A stretch of 64,000 nucleotides of DNA. Source: Gnetum montanum. Taxonomy: Eukaryota > Plantae > Gnetophyta. Below the pieces are notes generated by a model. It was not told the origin of the DNA. It saw only the letters and a program-made list of their open reading frames with translations, and ran no database searches. The position numbers and the translations under genes are program-made. Below are positions 21,901-34,105 of the stretch, piece after piece. The stretch spans positions 66,670-130,669 of the forward strand of contig MNCI01000217.1 of NCBI GenBank assembly GCA_015680685.1. Reading direction: 5' to 3'. Each line of letters starts with the position of its first letter. Position 1 is the first letter of the stretch.

Positions 21901-24509
21901 TAATTAAAATCTTTTATATTGATTTGCTGAATCACTTACTTCTTTGATTATGCTCATCCTCCTAAGTATCTAGGAGGGTTCAGGAGGGTCAGAGGGTTCA
22001 GGAGGGTCAGTAGATGAGTGAAAGCCTAACCTCTTTGGGTGGCTGTATTCATGAATAACTTATTAGGAATAACTTACTTCCTTGATTCTTATTCTTGAAG
22101 ATATATTTTTTCAGAGGGAATGACAATTTTTAAAGCAATATTCCTAGAACAATGCCCTGAGGATTACATAGGGTGCTGGTATGAAGCTTTGAACCCAGTG
22201 CTTTGGGTGCAAAGTAGTATGAGCTAACCAACCCGACAGCATGTGCTCAATTCATAAGGAGTATTAAACATATGCCTCTTATAGTTTTCTTTAAATCACC
22301 TCATTGTCAAATGAGGCATAGCTTGATCTCTATCCATAGTTTCTATGCTATGTTTCAATGTTAGTCAATGGACTCATTTGTGGTTCCTGATCATATACAA
22401 ATGCAACATCTTGGAATTTTTCCTTTGGCAACCACTTTCATCCTTCTAAACTTTCTAATTGCTCTGGTTGATACTTCTTGAGTTAACAAGGTCCATATCA
22501 TATTTGATCCAACCAAGTTCAAGTTGTTAGGGTCATGGTTGGAATCATTTTTTCCTTTCCCTTGCTTCCTACCTGCCTATATCATTTATTTGGCATTGCA
22601 GTCTTATTCCAAGAGATGGTTTATGTGTAAGTTTGATGGTCATTACAGGTTTTTTAGAATCACCAAGAAGTTTCTGTGCATTTGCTTCAAAACCATGAAA
22701 CACCCATTGTTAGTTGACAAGATTGACCTGTTGAACATGTTCCATAACACTACTAATGATCATAAGATGGTTAAGTTACTAGACCATTGCCTTCAGATCT
22801 CACTAAAATATTAATACACCATTGAAGTTATTTGAAATTTTTGTTTCATATGTTCTTTGTGGTGAACTGTTTGGTTGAATAGATTTGTTAATGAACAATG
22901 TTAGATACATTTTATATGCATTAAATATTAGAAAAAGCTATCAAATCATTTGTTATCATTATTCATATGATTTGTTAACTTTTGCTGGCTCTAGTTGCTT
23001 TGATTCTTCCATTAGAGTATTGATAATATGATTTATGAATTGTTGTTCCAGATAATTCTTGTAGCTAGCTAGCTGTACATTTAAACAAGTTTGTTAATGT
23101 GCATTATCTAATTTCTGATTTTCGAACTTGCTAAGCCATGCATGTTGTATCATTGGTAATAAATGACACATATATTGTACTTAGGCTTTCTTGATATTGA
23201 TGTATTTTGCACAAGCTAATTTGTCTGATAGCTCTTTTGGGTCTATATTGACATAATAAAATTTCAGTTTGAGTTTTGTTTTCAATATTGTGAATAAATA
23301 TAAAGATGTTACCACAGCTGTTATAGTTTTCATTTAATTGCAATTTATTTGTTAGATTACTAAGATATTTTCTTATAGTTTGACTCCCCATATGACTGAT
23401 TAAGTTTACCTATGCATAATCTAAGATTGCTAAGGTGAATCGATTAAGTTAATTGGTTTGTTGCTGAGCTAGACTGCTTTGAATATGATTTAAAGTTTAA
23501 TTGTTTTGACAATTGTATTGCACCTTGGATGCATAAAGTGTGTTGAGAGATTTTACTCATCATATTGGCATTCTCTTCTTGCTAGATCTTTGGGCCATTC
23601 TTTTCATTTTATAATTCTCTATGTGATAGTTTGTTTTTAATGCTGAATTAATTATTGTCAATGCTGATCTGAATGAAAGTTGAATTTTTTATGATTAATT
23701 AAGTATTTGAAAAATATAAACCTATTTTCATCCTTGCAATTTCAGGCCTTTTTTTTGGGCTTTGGGTGTTAGCTTTTGCTCCCTAGGTTGAGGTGTTATA
23801 TTGTTATAACACTACTTATGGTTTCTGTTATTGCTCAGGCTATTATTTTGGTTGTACTAGTCAACTGTTTTTATTTCTATATAGAGTTAAGCTGTTTTTT
23901 TTTTGTCAAGTTACTTCTAATTTTGCATATGATCCTGTTTAAATGTTAGTGCATGTTGTTCCTAGCTTGATATATGTTGCTGTTTCACTAAGAATTATTG
24001 TTATAGTGAATATTTTTATTCTTCATATCCTAAGGAAATATTTGAGATGTTGAATTTTTGGAAGACTGCAAATGGGCTTCAAGTTAAATTTATATTCCAT
24101 CTAGGTGTGTTTTTGAACTTGTCCACAGCACAGCAACAAATTCATCATGAAGAAACAAATGATCCTTTTGAGTCACAATCCATTTTGTAGAATTTTCATG
24201 CTTTTTCTATTCTATGTTCTTTTTAGCTATCACCTTCCCTATTCTTTTATATGAGGAAAAGTATCTTAATTCTTTGGAAAGTCCCATTGAGATTACATTT
24301 ATGATCCTCTTGTTATAGATGCAAGGTATTCTAACAAAATTTTGAGGAAAGTAATAACCTATTATAATGGTACAATTTATGAGTAACTAGTACATAAGTC
24401 CTGTAGTTATAACTATTTTATCTGAAGGTTTTAAATGACTTGCTAACAGATATATTTTCTTCGTTAATGTCACCAAAGAATGTTGGAAGTTAGGCTGTTA
24501 AGATAGTTT

Positions 24510-24630
24510 TTTTTTTTAAAAGGAAAAGTTGGGGTTATATTTACAGGAAAAAATAGAGTTACAAATTGAAGTGAGCTGAAAGTTCAGCACAGGACAAAAA
24601 AAGGAAAAAGAAAAAAACAAAATATAGTTT
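24510..24630 (-). mobile_element. short 5'-truncated retroposed insertion with poly(A) tail and TSD
   Basis: poly-T at left end; 17-bp TSD GGCTGTTAWGATAGTTT at 24493-24509 and 24631-24647 (1 mismatch). Confidence 0.75.
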
Positions 24631-25739
24631 GGCTGTTATGATAGTTTATTTCTAGCAGGAAACCTTGTTCAGCAAGGAGGATTTTTATTCTCTTTTTGTG
24701 TTAAAAAAAAAACAATGAATGTTTATGATAGGTTTATGATTAAATTTTTTTTCTATAATATGGCTTATATTTTATGCAGAATGTTTTTTTATCATACAAG
24801 AATGCTTGTATTTATGCACAATGTTTTTTCGACCTAACTGTCAATCCATAATAAAAGGACACACTGACGTATTCATTATGTTTTTGAACGTTATTAACAA
24901 TGCTCTGATGTTAAAAGTCATGAATATAAGTGTACCTTTGATATTTGAATGTTTTACCCTCGATGTGTTAACAGCCGCTAGAAAAACACATATAGATGCA
25001 CACTTGTTTTTTTTTTCTTCTATTAAAATTGTGACCCATAATAAAATTTCATTTAACCAAAACCATGGATGGGATCCAGCCTCAAGAGGTTGTCAATATG
25101 ATGATTAACAACTCTTTAGCAAGAAAAAATCAAAGAACGGAAGCATCCATGACATGAATACATGACTAAAAAATGTTAGCATCTCAGATATAGCGTAAAT
25201 GTGAAATAAACATCAAAATAATGATTGTACTGGTTCATAATTAGAAATCCCAATTCTAGTCAAGAATATACAAAGATTAGTATTTTGAAATTAATAATGC
25301 TAATATACTTTGAGCTCTAGCTTAAGTCAATATAGGAAACATGCAAAATTGATTTGCTATAATACCAAGCTAAACAAACATTTAATCATTACTGTTATAC
25401 CAATTTGTCAAAAATCAAGATATAAAAAACAACTATGAAAGATGAGGCTATTTATACAGCATAATAGCCAATCCATTTCAGAAAAAAAGATATGAGAATT
25501 TACTTGGATCATATTCATTTAGTTTTCCAAGAATTAACAGCCAATAATTCAGCAAAATAAGATGATAAAAATCTGTAGCTAGAGGAAAACATTTTAAATT
25601 AGATTTTTGTTTATTAGCCCCTCTGCTCAATAATTAATAAAAAGATAACTAAAGTATAACTGAGAAGATCATAGTTGAGTAGGGTTATGAATTTCTTAAG
25701 TTGGTGAATCATAGAAAGAAATTTAAGATCAGCATCATG

Positions 25740-26729
25740 GAAAGAAAATCAAAGCTAAAGCTGAGGAATTACCAAAATGCTAATACTTAGAAATTTATTT
25801 CATGATTTCCAAAATTAAGATGGGCCCAAGATGCTCTTGCTTTCTGTCTACAGTACCAATTGTTATATCAAGGATCCTTGATCCTTGTTGATAAATCTTT
25901 ATGCCAAATTACTCCAAATCTTTATGAGTATTTACAATCCCATTTGGAAATAACTCAACTGTCATTTAGGCTTGAAAGTGCAAGGATGGGTGGAGAGATC
26001 CACCAAAACATGGATTCAACAATCCAAGATCTCAAGAAAAATATCAGATTAATGAAGCATTTAAAAATGGTGAAAGAGTTTTGGAAAGAAATCATATTTC
26101 AACCACAAATGAAACAAGGCTGCAACTATACATCTACCTTCTTCAATTTTCAAAGCCCTCTTAAATGATTCTTTTTCTTCTAGCCATTATGTTGGTTTTT
26201 TCCCCATTGTTGTATCCTTACAATCTTTTACATTCTCTCCTACTATTATTATTAGTAGTAGTTACCTCTATGCTTGTTGTAAATGTGCCTTTTGCTATTA
26301 TAGTTGCTCATTAGTAGTAATAGTCGTTGCAATCCTTCTTTCTCCTCTTCGTTTCTTTACACTTCCCTCCCAATTCATTCTTTCCATTTTTTTTAAATTT
26401 CGCCTACCTTTTTCATTTAGTCTATTTTTAGTTTCTTTAATTTAAGTAACTTTCTATTGTAGCTATGTTTTCTTTTTAGTAATGCAAGTAACTTTCTATG
26501 GTAGCTATGCTTTCTTTTTAGTTTTTCTAATGTAAGTAACTTTTTATGGCAGCTATGTTTTCTTTACTAATGAGTCATTGTTGTTGCTCATTAGTAGTAG
26601 TAGTAGTTGCAATCATTCTTTCTCCTGTTCATTTCTTTACTTTTCTCTCCCATTTCTTTCTCTCCATTATTTTTTTATTTTGCCTACCTTTTCATTTAGT
26701 CTATTTTTAGTTTCTTTAATGTAAGTAAC
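25740..26729 (-). repeat. dispersed repeat with decayed L1 post-RT sequence; split by LINE A, resumes at 32617-32880; second copy ~42800-43750
   Basis: collinear similarity with 42800-43750; internal short duplications 26240-26730. Confidence 0.7.
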
Positions 26730-26999
26730 ATTTTTTTGGAAAAACGATTGAGAGATTTTATTTCGAAAAAAAAGAAAGAAATGTACAATGTACACAAAGG
26801 TCATTGACCCAAGTCTGCAAAACCCAACCATGTGACATAGTGGTCACCTGCAACTTTTATTGTGAGCTCCCATGAGCCTACAGAGCGTAGCCTCCTCCCA
26901 CTACCCAAAAACCCTCAACCCAAGGTCCCAACCCATTATCAAAAGGGTAGGGGCGATTGAAAATAACAATGACACACCCTTGAAGGGCCAAGAGCCCCC

Positions 27000-29900
27000 T
27001 CCCCCCTCGATGAGGCTGTGCACTACTTGACCTCATTAGGCTGTAAAGCACTGCATCCCGTAGTCTCTGCTAAATGTGACCTGGACTCCAGACCCTCAAT
27101 CGCAATCGAGGTCTCTGATGCGTCTGTGCCATCCGCAGCCTATTGCATCATTGTCCCTAGCCGAAGTCCCAATTGCTAATTCTTTGCTCTAAGCTATGCC
27201 AGTCCCGTCTAGTGCTCTGTGATCATCACTTCCATCCACCTGAGGTCTTGCAAGCATGAGGCGTTCACTTCCCTTTAGGCCTCCTATCATCTCATGTCCT
27301 CCCACTAGAGCTGCCACTGTGCATGCTCCTCTAACTACGCCTACTTGGCAGCTAGTCGGCATTCGTCAAGCAATGTTGATCTCTAGCACTCCATTCTTGT
27401 GCTGGCTCCATGGCTGTGGACAGACCCAGAGCTTTGGTGTCTTCCAACCCAGGACCTCAGTGGTTATGTGCCTGCGCCCTGTGGTGCTGTTGCTGTTGGT
27501 ACACAAGAGTTGGCATCAAGCGAGCAATCAGCACTCCCCCACGCCAATGCTCAAGGATCACCCCTGGGTGTTGCCTTGGCTGTTGCCTCCGAAGGGATTC
27601 CTAGAAAAATTGGGGTAAGTTAATTGGGGAACCTTGTCAAATATGCTTGAGAAAGGTGAAATGCACCCCCATCAGTTTGTGGGGATACCTAGACTATACA
27701 ACGTACTGCTCCACCATGAGTGCCACATCCCTCCAAACCCTTTGCAATTCAGACTTCCAGATGTGTCCACTAGTAGTCCTGGGAAGAACTCTATTGTGTC
27801 TGTCTGAGCCCTTGCAACCAGTGCCATGATCTCCCTCGCTGCCTCCACTCCTAGCACAACAACTAGCACCTACACCATGACCTCTATTCTTTTGCCCTTG
27901 TACTACATAGCATCTCCCACCCAACTGTCGTAGAATTGCTATGCGAACAGGTTCGGTTCACCTTCCAAGCGTTTGAGCATCTCCACCCATCCCATCCTTT
28001 CAATGAACGACCATAACTCGGGTAGACAGGAAAATTCTATCCATGATAGCTCAAACAACAGTCATTGTTCCATTGTAGTGGTTGTAGGAGGTGGTTGTCC
28101 CTAAAAAATTAGAGAATTCCTTCGTTTCCACAAGACCCACAATGTGGCAAGTTGTACAGAGTCCCTATGGAACCCCACGGTGGGAGAGAGATTTGTAGCC
28201 TGCCACACTTCCTAAGAGAACTGACATCCATAAATAAGATGGTGCAACGTTTTAGGTGTTGCTTGGCAGCGTGGACAGCTATCGTCCAACCGTATCCCCC
28301 TCTCTCTCAACGTGGCCCTCACTAGTAGCACCTTGTGTTTAAGCAGCCAACCGAATGCCTTGAACTTCTCAGGAAGATGAGCTTTCCATATCTCTGCCCA
28401 CCCCTCTTCTTGCGGATATCGGACTTTAACCAACTCCATCGAGTGCTGCCCCAATAATCTGAGCTGCTCCACCACACGAGCATGGCAGCAAAAAATTTTC
28501 CATAGTTGGGAGCAATCCAACTGAACCTCCCATCTCTAGTATTTTTGTCGTAGAATTTGCACCCATAGTGCCACTCCTACAGTTTGCCCCATGTATCTGT
28601 TCAGTAGATAGTGTGTGCCCAAAGCCATCTCATGTCCAAACCCCAAAATGCCAATGCCCCCCGCTAGTTTGGGCTGCGTTGTTACCATCCACAACACTAA
28701 GTGCATCTTTCTGCCACCTTTGCCACTTGACCACACAAACTCCCGCATAATGCTATCAATGTGCACCATTGTGGCCAGCGGCGTTGCCATTGACACTGTG
28801 AATTGGGCAATTGCCATCAGAACCATCGTAGCCAACACCATCTTTCCTTTCTGGGACAGAAAACGACCTATCCAAAGCATGGTCCACTGCTGGACCCGCT
28901 CCACCAATCCTTGCCAAGTCTTCTGCCATTTCCAATAAAAAATAGGCATTCCCAAGTATGTGTCATGGGCTTGGCCCTGAAGTTGGCCCTGAAGAATGCC
29001 TAACATTTGTATAATTCTGGCCTGCACCATTCCCTTTGTGTGGGTAAAATAAATGGTGGACTTCCCTTTATTGACTTCAATGCCTACCTCACGCTGCATC
29101 CTCTCCATCGCCCATAATAGGGCCACAGTCTGCAGCACCGCAACCCTAGAGAAAACCATTGTATCATTCATGTAGTGGGCTGCTAGACTGTGCACCCTAG
29201 CAACATGAAGTCGCTAAACACCTTCAACAAGGCAATAGCCTTTAAACAAATCCATGATAATGATAAACAGGAGCGGTGATAATGGATCACGTTGTTGCAA
29301 TCCATGCCCTATTCCAACGAACTCACATAATCTCCCGTTGATGTCAAGAGAGTAGCAGCTAGCCACTTTGTTGCATTTGAATGTAGACATGGACGAACTT
29401 GGCATCAAACCCCTTCTCCATCAACACTACCCTGAGTGTTGCCCAAGTCACAGTATTGTAGGCCTTGGTAATGTCCAGTTTGATGCACATTCTTGGAAAC
29501 CTGGCCACCCTCACCGAGTGTAGAATCTCTTGCAAGAGCAACACTTGGTCCTAGAGATAACGTCCCTTAATGAACTCCACCTGATGCTCCCCAACCAGCT
29601 TCCCCATTAGCAGCACTAAGCACTTGACCAACATCTTGGAAAAAATTCACAATAGAGTGTTGTAGACCCTGATGGGTCGGAAATGTCCCGATGATGATGG
29701 GTTAGGGACCTTGGGCAACAACACCACCATTGAGTAGTTTATTTCCCTCCTTACCTACTGCCAACTACGCATACTGTTGTATGCATCCAGTAGGTTGGGC
29801 CCTAGGAAATCTTCATGCTCCCTAAAAAATTCTATCGACCATCCATTTGGTCTTGGAGCCTTGTTAGACTACATGGATTTCATTGCCCGCCACAACTCCT

Positions 29901-31179
29901 CCCGCTAGAAAGGACGCAATAAGTGTGAGTTATTAGCACTTGTAATGACCTTTGTGACTCGCAGAGAGATAGGTTCTGTAGCACGCCATCTCTAGATGTC
30001 TCCCTGAAACTTCTGCAAGGCATTTAGCGCCCTCCTGTGGCTTTGTGGGCCTCCCCCAGCAATGCCCTTGAGTAGATCCTAGATTTTATTCTATGGGCCC
30101 TATTGTGTTTGGCCATGGCAAAGAAGAAACATGCATGCTTGTCCCCTTCCTACAGCCAAGTCACCCTTGACCACTATCACTAGTAGCTCTCTTCCTCCTT
30201 GTCTAGCTCCTAGAGTTCTCTAAGTAGCTTCTATTCTTCAATGTCCTGGCCAGCCCCTGTTTCCTACAACCTTTGTATCTCCAACAATTCCTTCTGCACG
30301 TGCTGTCTGTACCCACGAAAGCTATACTTGTCATCCAATGTTTTGGCCTTAATGCCATTTTTAAGGCCCTCAAACTATCCCGCAAGAACTGTCAAGGCTC
30401 TTGCGCCCTAGTGTAAGTTTTCTAGATTTCAGCCACCATTGGTTTTTGCCAAGCCTTGTGCAACCAAGACTGCTCAAATCTTAAGGGTTGGGGCTCTTGA
30501 CTCTCCTCCAATTGAAATTGGCATAGTATGGTTTGATGATCTGATGTTTGTTGCTCCTTGTCCTTTGCCTTGATATCATACTCCAACATGAGGTGCTCAC
30601 TCACCCATACGCGATCGATCCAAGACTGGATGCAATTAGGGCCCCTTTGGTGATTGCTTCAGGTGAATTTACACCCTAGGATCTCCAAGTCAATGAGCTC
30701 ATACTGACAAAGAAACTCAATGCACGCCTCGGCCCTTGGAGGACCAGTGCAATCGTTGCTAGATTTCTCCTAGCAACAGAGCCTCTGGTTGAAATCTCCT
30801 AGCAACATCCATCTGCAGTATTGGGGATGACCCTAGCCACATGTTGAAGGTCTTGGACTTGGGCCTCCCAATTTTGTGCCCCATAAAAATTTGTGATCCA
30901 AAGATTTGCCGGCGACACACAGATAGTTTAACTTCAATCAGAATCATCCACGAAATTGATTGAGATTCTGGCCAGAATGGCTAGACCTCCTGCTTGGCCC
31001 TTGTTGGGCACAATGTGGGTTGTCCATCCCTCCCATATTAGCAACTTCCGTTCAGTCCTTTGCACCTTTGTTTCTTGTAAGCAGACCACATAGCAACCTG
31101 CCTCCCTAACCATCACTCGTAGGGTATTTCTTTTGTATGGGGTACCCTAGCCATGATAGTTCTAGGTGAGGATCTTCAT
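27000..31179 (-). pseudogene. LINE A ORF2: APE endonuclease, RT, zf-RVT, extra C-terminal domain and coiled coil
   Basis: MKILT*NYHG start, VVCLQETK, SDHQTI (APE); KLDITKAYNTVTW, GLQQRDPLSPLLF, YMNDT (RT); KFKAFGWLL..CPRC..TLHHLIYGC (zf-RVT); LWVLWKRRNSLIF; frame continues. 3' end approximate. Confidence 0.9.
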
Positions 31180-32400
31180 GGAGATGTAGACACCTGTCGG
31201 TGATACACCTCCCGCAGTGTCCACTGCACCCCCAAATCTAGATCCAGCTACATGAATTTCTTACACATTGTTGTTCTATCGGACCGCCCAATCTTGCTGT
31301 TTGGTCAGAGCACCACCACTCTAAGTTGACCTTTTGCCTACCTGGGTTGAATGTCCTTCATTTTTGGTTTAGCAGAGCCTCATCCCATAGTGATCCATTC
31401 CCCCAACGGGGGCAACTCCAATGCTGAGGTTGGCTGCTGCCCATGGAGCCAACAACGTGCAAGGTGAGCCAAGGACCTCCCCTAGCCCCCCACCCTTAGA
31501 CAACCCCTTTGATTTGCCATATGCTGGCAACGGGTCTTACGCACCCTCCCCACCCTAGGCATCTGGTCCTCCTGCATCTATTGCTGTCCATCTATCATTG
31601 TTTGTTAGTGTTTGTATTGTGGTCCCCCATCTCCCATCGAAGATGATCCCTACTTCCATATTTGGCCCTTCTTCCCCATGATAGTCCAGCCTTGAGCAGC
31701 CTTCGTTGGTCCTCGACAGCGTTCTAATTCTGGTTGCCTTTTCCTAGACCTTACATCCCTAGTGCTCCTTGCATCGTGTTGCCAGGTTTTCAAATTTTAC
31801 GTAGATCTTTTCTTCTCCGTCGGCGATGTCCAGCACAATCTCCTCAACTCTATCCTCTGACTGCAGCGACCTCCAAATGTAGAAACAGGCGTACCCCATC
31901 TAGTCCATGGATTTTGTAAATGCGTCAAACTTGATAAATTCTCTAAACAACCCTACCAAAGACTTCAGAAACCTCGGTTCCCAGTATTCCAATGGCAAAG
32001 CGAACAGCCAGATCTAGATCGATGCACAATCAAATAGGCATTTATCTCAATGTGCTTCAGGTCACCATGGAGCCAGGGCTAGCCCCCCGAGCTCCATAGA
32101 ACCACGGACCCCCGCCAGCAACACCTTGTCCCTTTCCTCCATCGTCGGAAAATTGAATAGTAGTCGATCATCCACCAAAGTCAGGACACAGACATCCTCC
32201 AACCCCCAAGTCATGTGAACCCATTTTCAGATGACATCCATATGTAGCCTTACTCCTTCAGAAACAAATTTCCTAGTAGACTCCACTCTAGTTCGTGCAT
32301 GGCCTCCTTGGGCAGACGCCCAACCCTAACACCCATGACCGCTTCGTCTTGTGAACAGGCATCAAACTTGGTGCCATTACCCACCTGTGAGGCAACTCAA
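31180..32400 (-). pseudogene. LINE A ORF1 (DUF4283-like)
   Basis: WVHMTWGLEDV..LVDDRLLFNF..ERDKVLL..IWLFALPLEYWEPRFLKSL; aligns with LINE B ORF1; boundaries approximate. Confidence 0.75.
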
Positions 32401-33239
32401 ACCCTAGTCTCTCACGCTACTCCCTCCTAGGCATTCACCTGGCTGTGCGCGGGCCCATCCACAGTCTTGCCAGTACCACCACCTGCTACAGCCATCCCTA
32501 TTGCTGCTCCTGCTGTGGCTCCCACTCCCATTGCCATCGCCACTCTTGCTTCCATCATCACCACCGCTCCCACTTCCATCGCCACTCCCATTCCCATCCT
32601 TCCTCAATGGCTTATCTAATGTAAGTAACTTTCTATGGCAACTATCTTTTCTTTTTATCTTACAAATGAATCCAAAATTAATTCTTTGGTTCACACATTC
32701 CAAAAGCCACAAAATAAAAGTTAACCCTTCCAGCTAAAAGGACTTTGCTTCAATTCCTCCAAAAGATGATTTCTGGTTATTTTTAAAGCAAGAAAACACA
32801 CTCCAGCCCTTATTCTAGCAAAATTATCTATTAAAATAAAACCATAGAAGATGATGAGGGTTTCATGAGCAAGATTTAAAGAAAACACAAAATCAAAGTA
32901 TCAAATTAAGGAAAAACCTTCTCCTTCAAACACTTTGTAGTACAACCAATGTTGCATCATGTTATGAGCATCGGAAGAACATTGTGTGACCTTTCTACAA
33001 CTATTGAGAGGGGATTCTGGTTTTGACTTAATAAGTTTTATTCCTCCAAAAGATCATTAAAGAAAGTGACGTAATTGTCCTTGATTCATAGGTGATGTTC
33101 TTCTTCTTTTTAATTTTATTTATACATACCACAAAATTGTAAAATGGTAATAGATAATACCTATTATCATATTTATTTTTTGTATGTGTAAAGCTAATTT
33201 CTTTCTGATTGAACTTGAGAAACTCAACTCATGCAAAAT

Positions 33240-33800
33240 GCATTGATGTGACCGTCTATTCATGTTACACTTACATGTTTTAGAAGCAAAATTGCTTCCT
33301 CTTAAAGTTGAAGCCCTTTGTCAATTTATTGCTTATACTTAGAAGTTAAGTCACATGGAGGTAGTTAATTATGCTAAGGAGATAATGAATCCTACACAAG
33401 AAAATGTATAGTTGCATGAAGGAAAATCATGGCTTTAGTCGTGAAATATTGTAATAGAGAATTTTCCTTTAAATAAAAGGCTCTTTCAAAAAATTATAAA
33501 AGAAAAAGTCTTGGTTAAAGTTTGGTTGAGCATGTTAGGGAAAAAACATTTTTATTTATATTTTGTAAGAGGAGGTTTATTATCTAGTACTCAAAAGTAT
33601 ATATTCTCAACTATTCCTATTCATTTAAAGAATCAAATTGCTATAGCAAGAATGATCTCTCATCATCTTCTTATTGAGATAGGTCGTTGGATCAATTTAC
33701 GAAGAGAAGCGTATTTGTAGATTGTGTAAATAAAACATAGAAGATGAAGAACATATATATATTTTTATTTTTCCCATCTTTGGCTGATATTTGATTGAAT
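33240..33800 (+). mobile_element. 3' end of an older RTEX/CR1-like LINE ORF2, apparently interrupted by LINE B
   Basis: IAIARMISHHLLIEIGRW...EDEEH C-terminal motif. Confidence 0.6.
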
Positions 33801-34105
33801 TATACTATATTTTTGAAGAGAAGGTCAGGCAAAATTTGTATTAAACAAGAAAAATAGAAAAAAGAAATGTACAAAGCAAAAAGAAGGCCATCCCATATGG
33901 CGGGAGCAAGATGCCTAGTTCGCCACCCATAAACATAAAATCCACCCCAAAGCCGAAACCCCTTGACAACAAAGGAAACACCTGCCAACAATAAAGAACC
34001 TATCTCCCCATATACCGGAAATGTTAAGGGAATAACAGAGGCACAACGCTAGCCAAACCCAAAATGGGGCATGGGCCAACAACAACCCTATTTCCCATCC
34101 AAACA

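Larger units (their letters stand above)
26730..32616 (-). mobile_element. near full-length L1-clade LINE (LINE A)
   Basis: 13-bp TSD TAATGTAAGTAAC (26717-26729 and 32617-32629), poly-T at 26731, ORF1 and ORF2 remnants. Confidence 0.93.

Noticed and set aside
21970-22010. TCAGGAGGG resembling miR390
   Set aside because: Only a short match within a 17-bp tandem duplication, no precursor hairpin; more like a SINE/RTE remnant.
22524-22814. 96-aa ORF as host exon
   Set aside because: No recognisable domain, intron-like composition; splice sites only suggestive.
32404-32737. G/S/D-rich and P/L-rich ORFs
   Set aside because: Derived from short degenerate tandem repeats at the LINE A 5' end and run across the insertion boundary.
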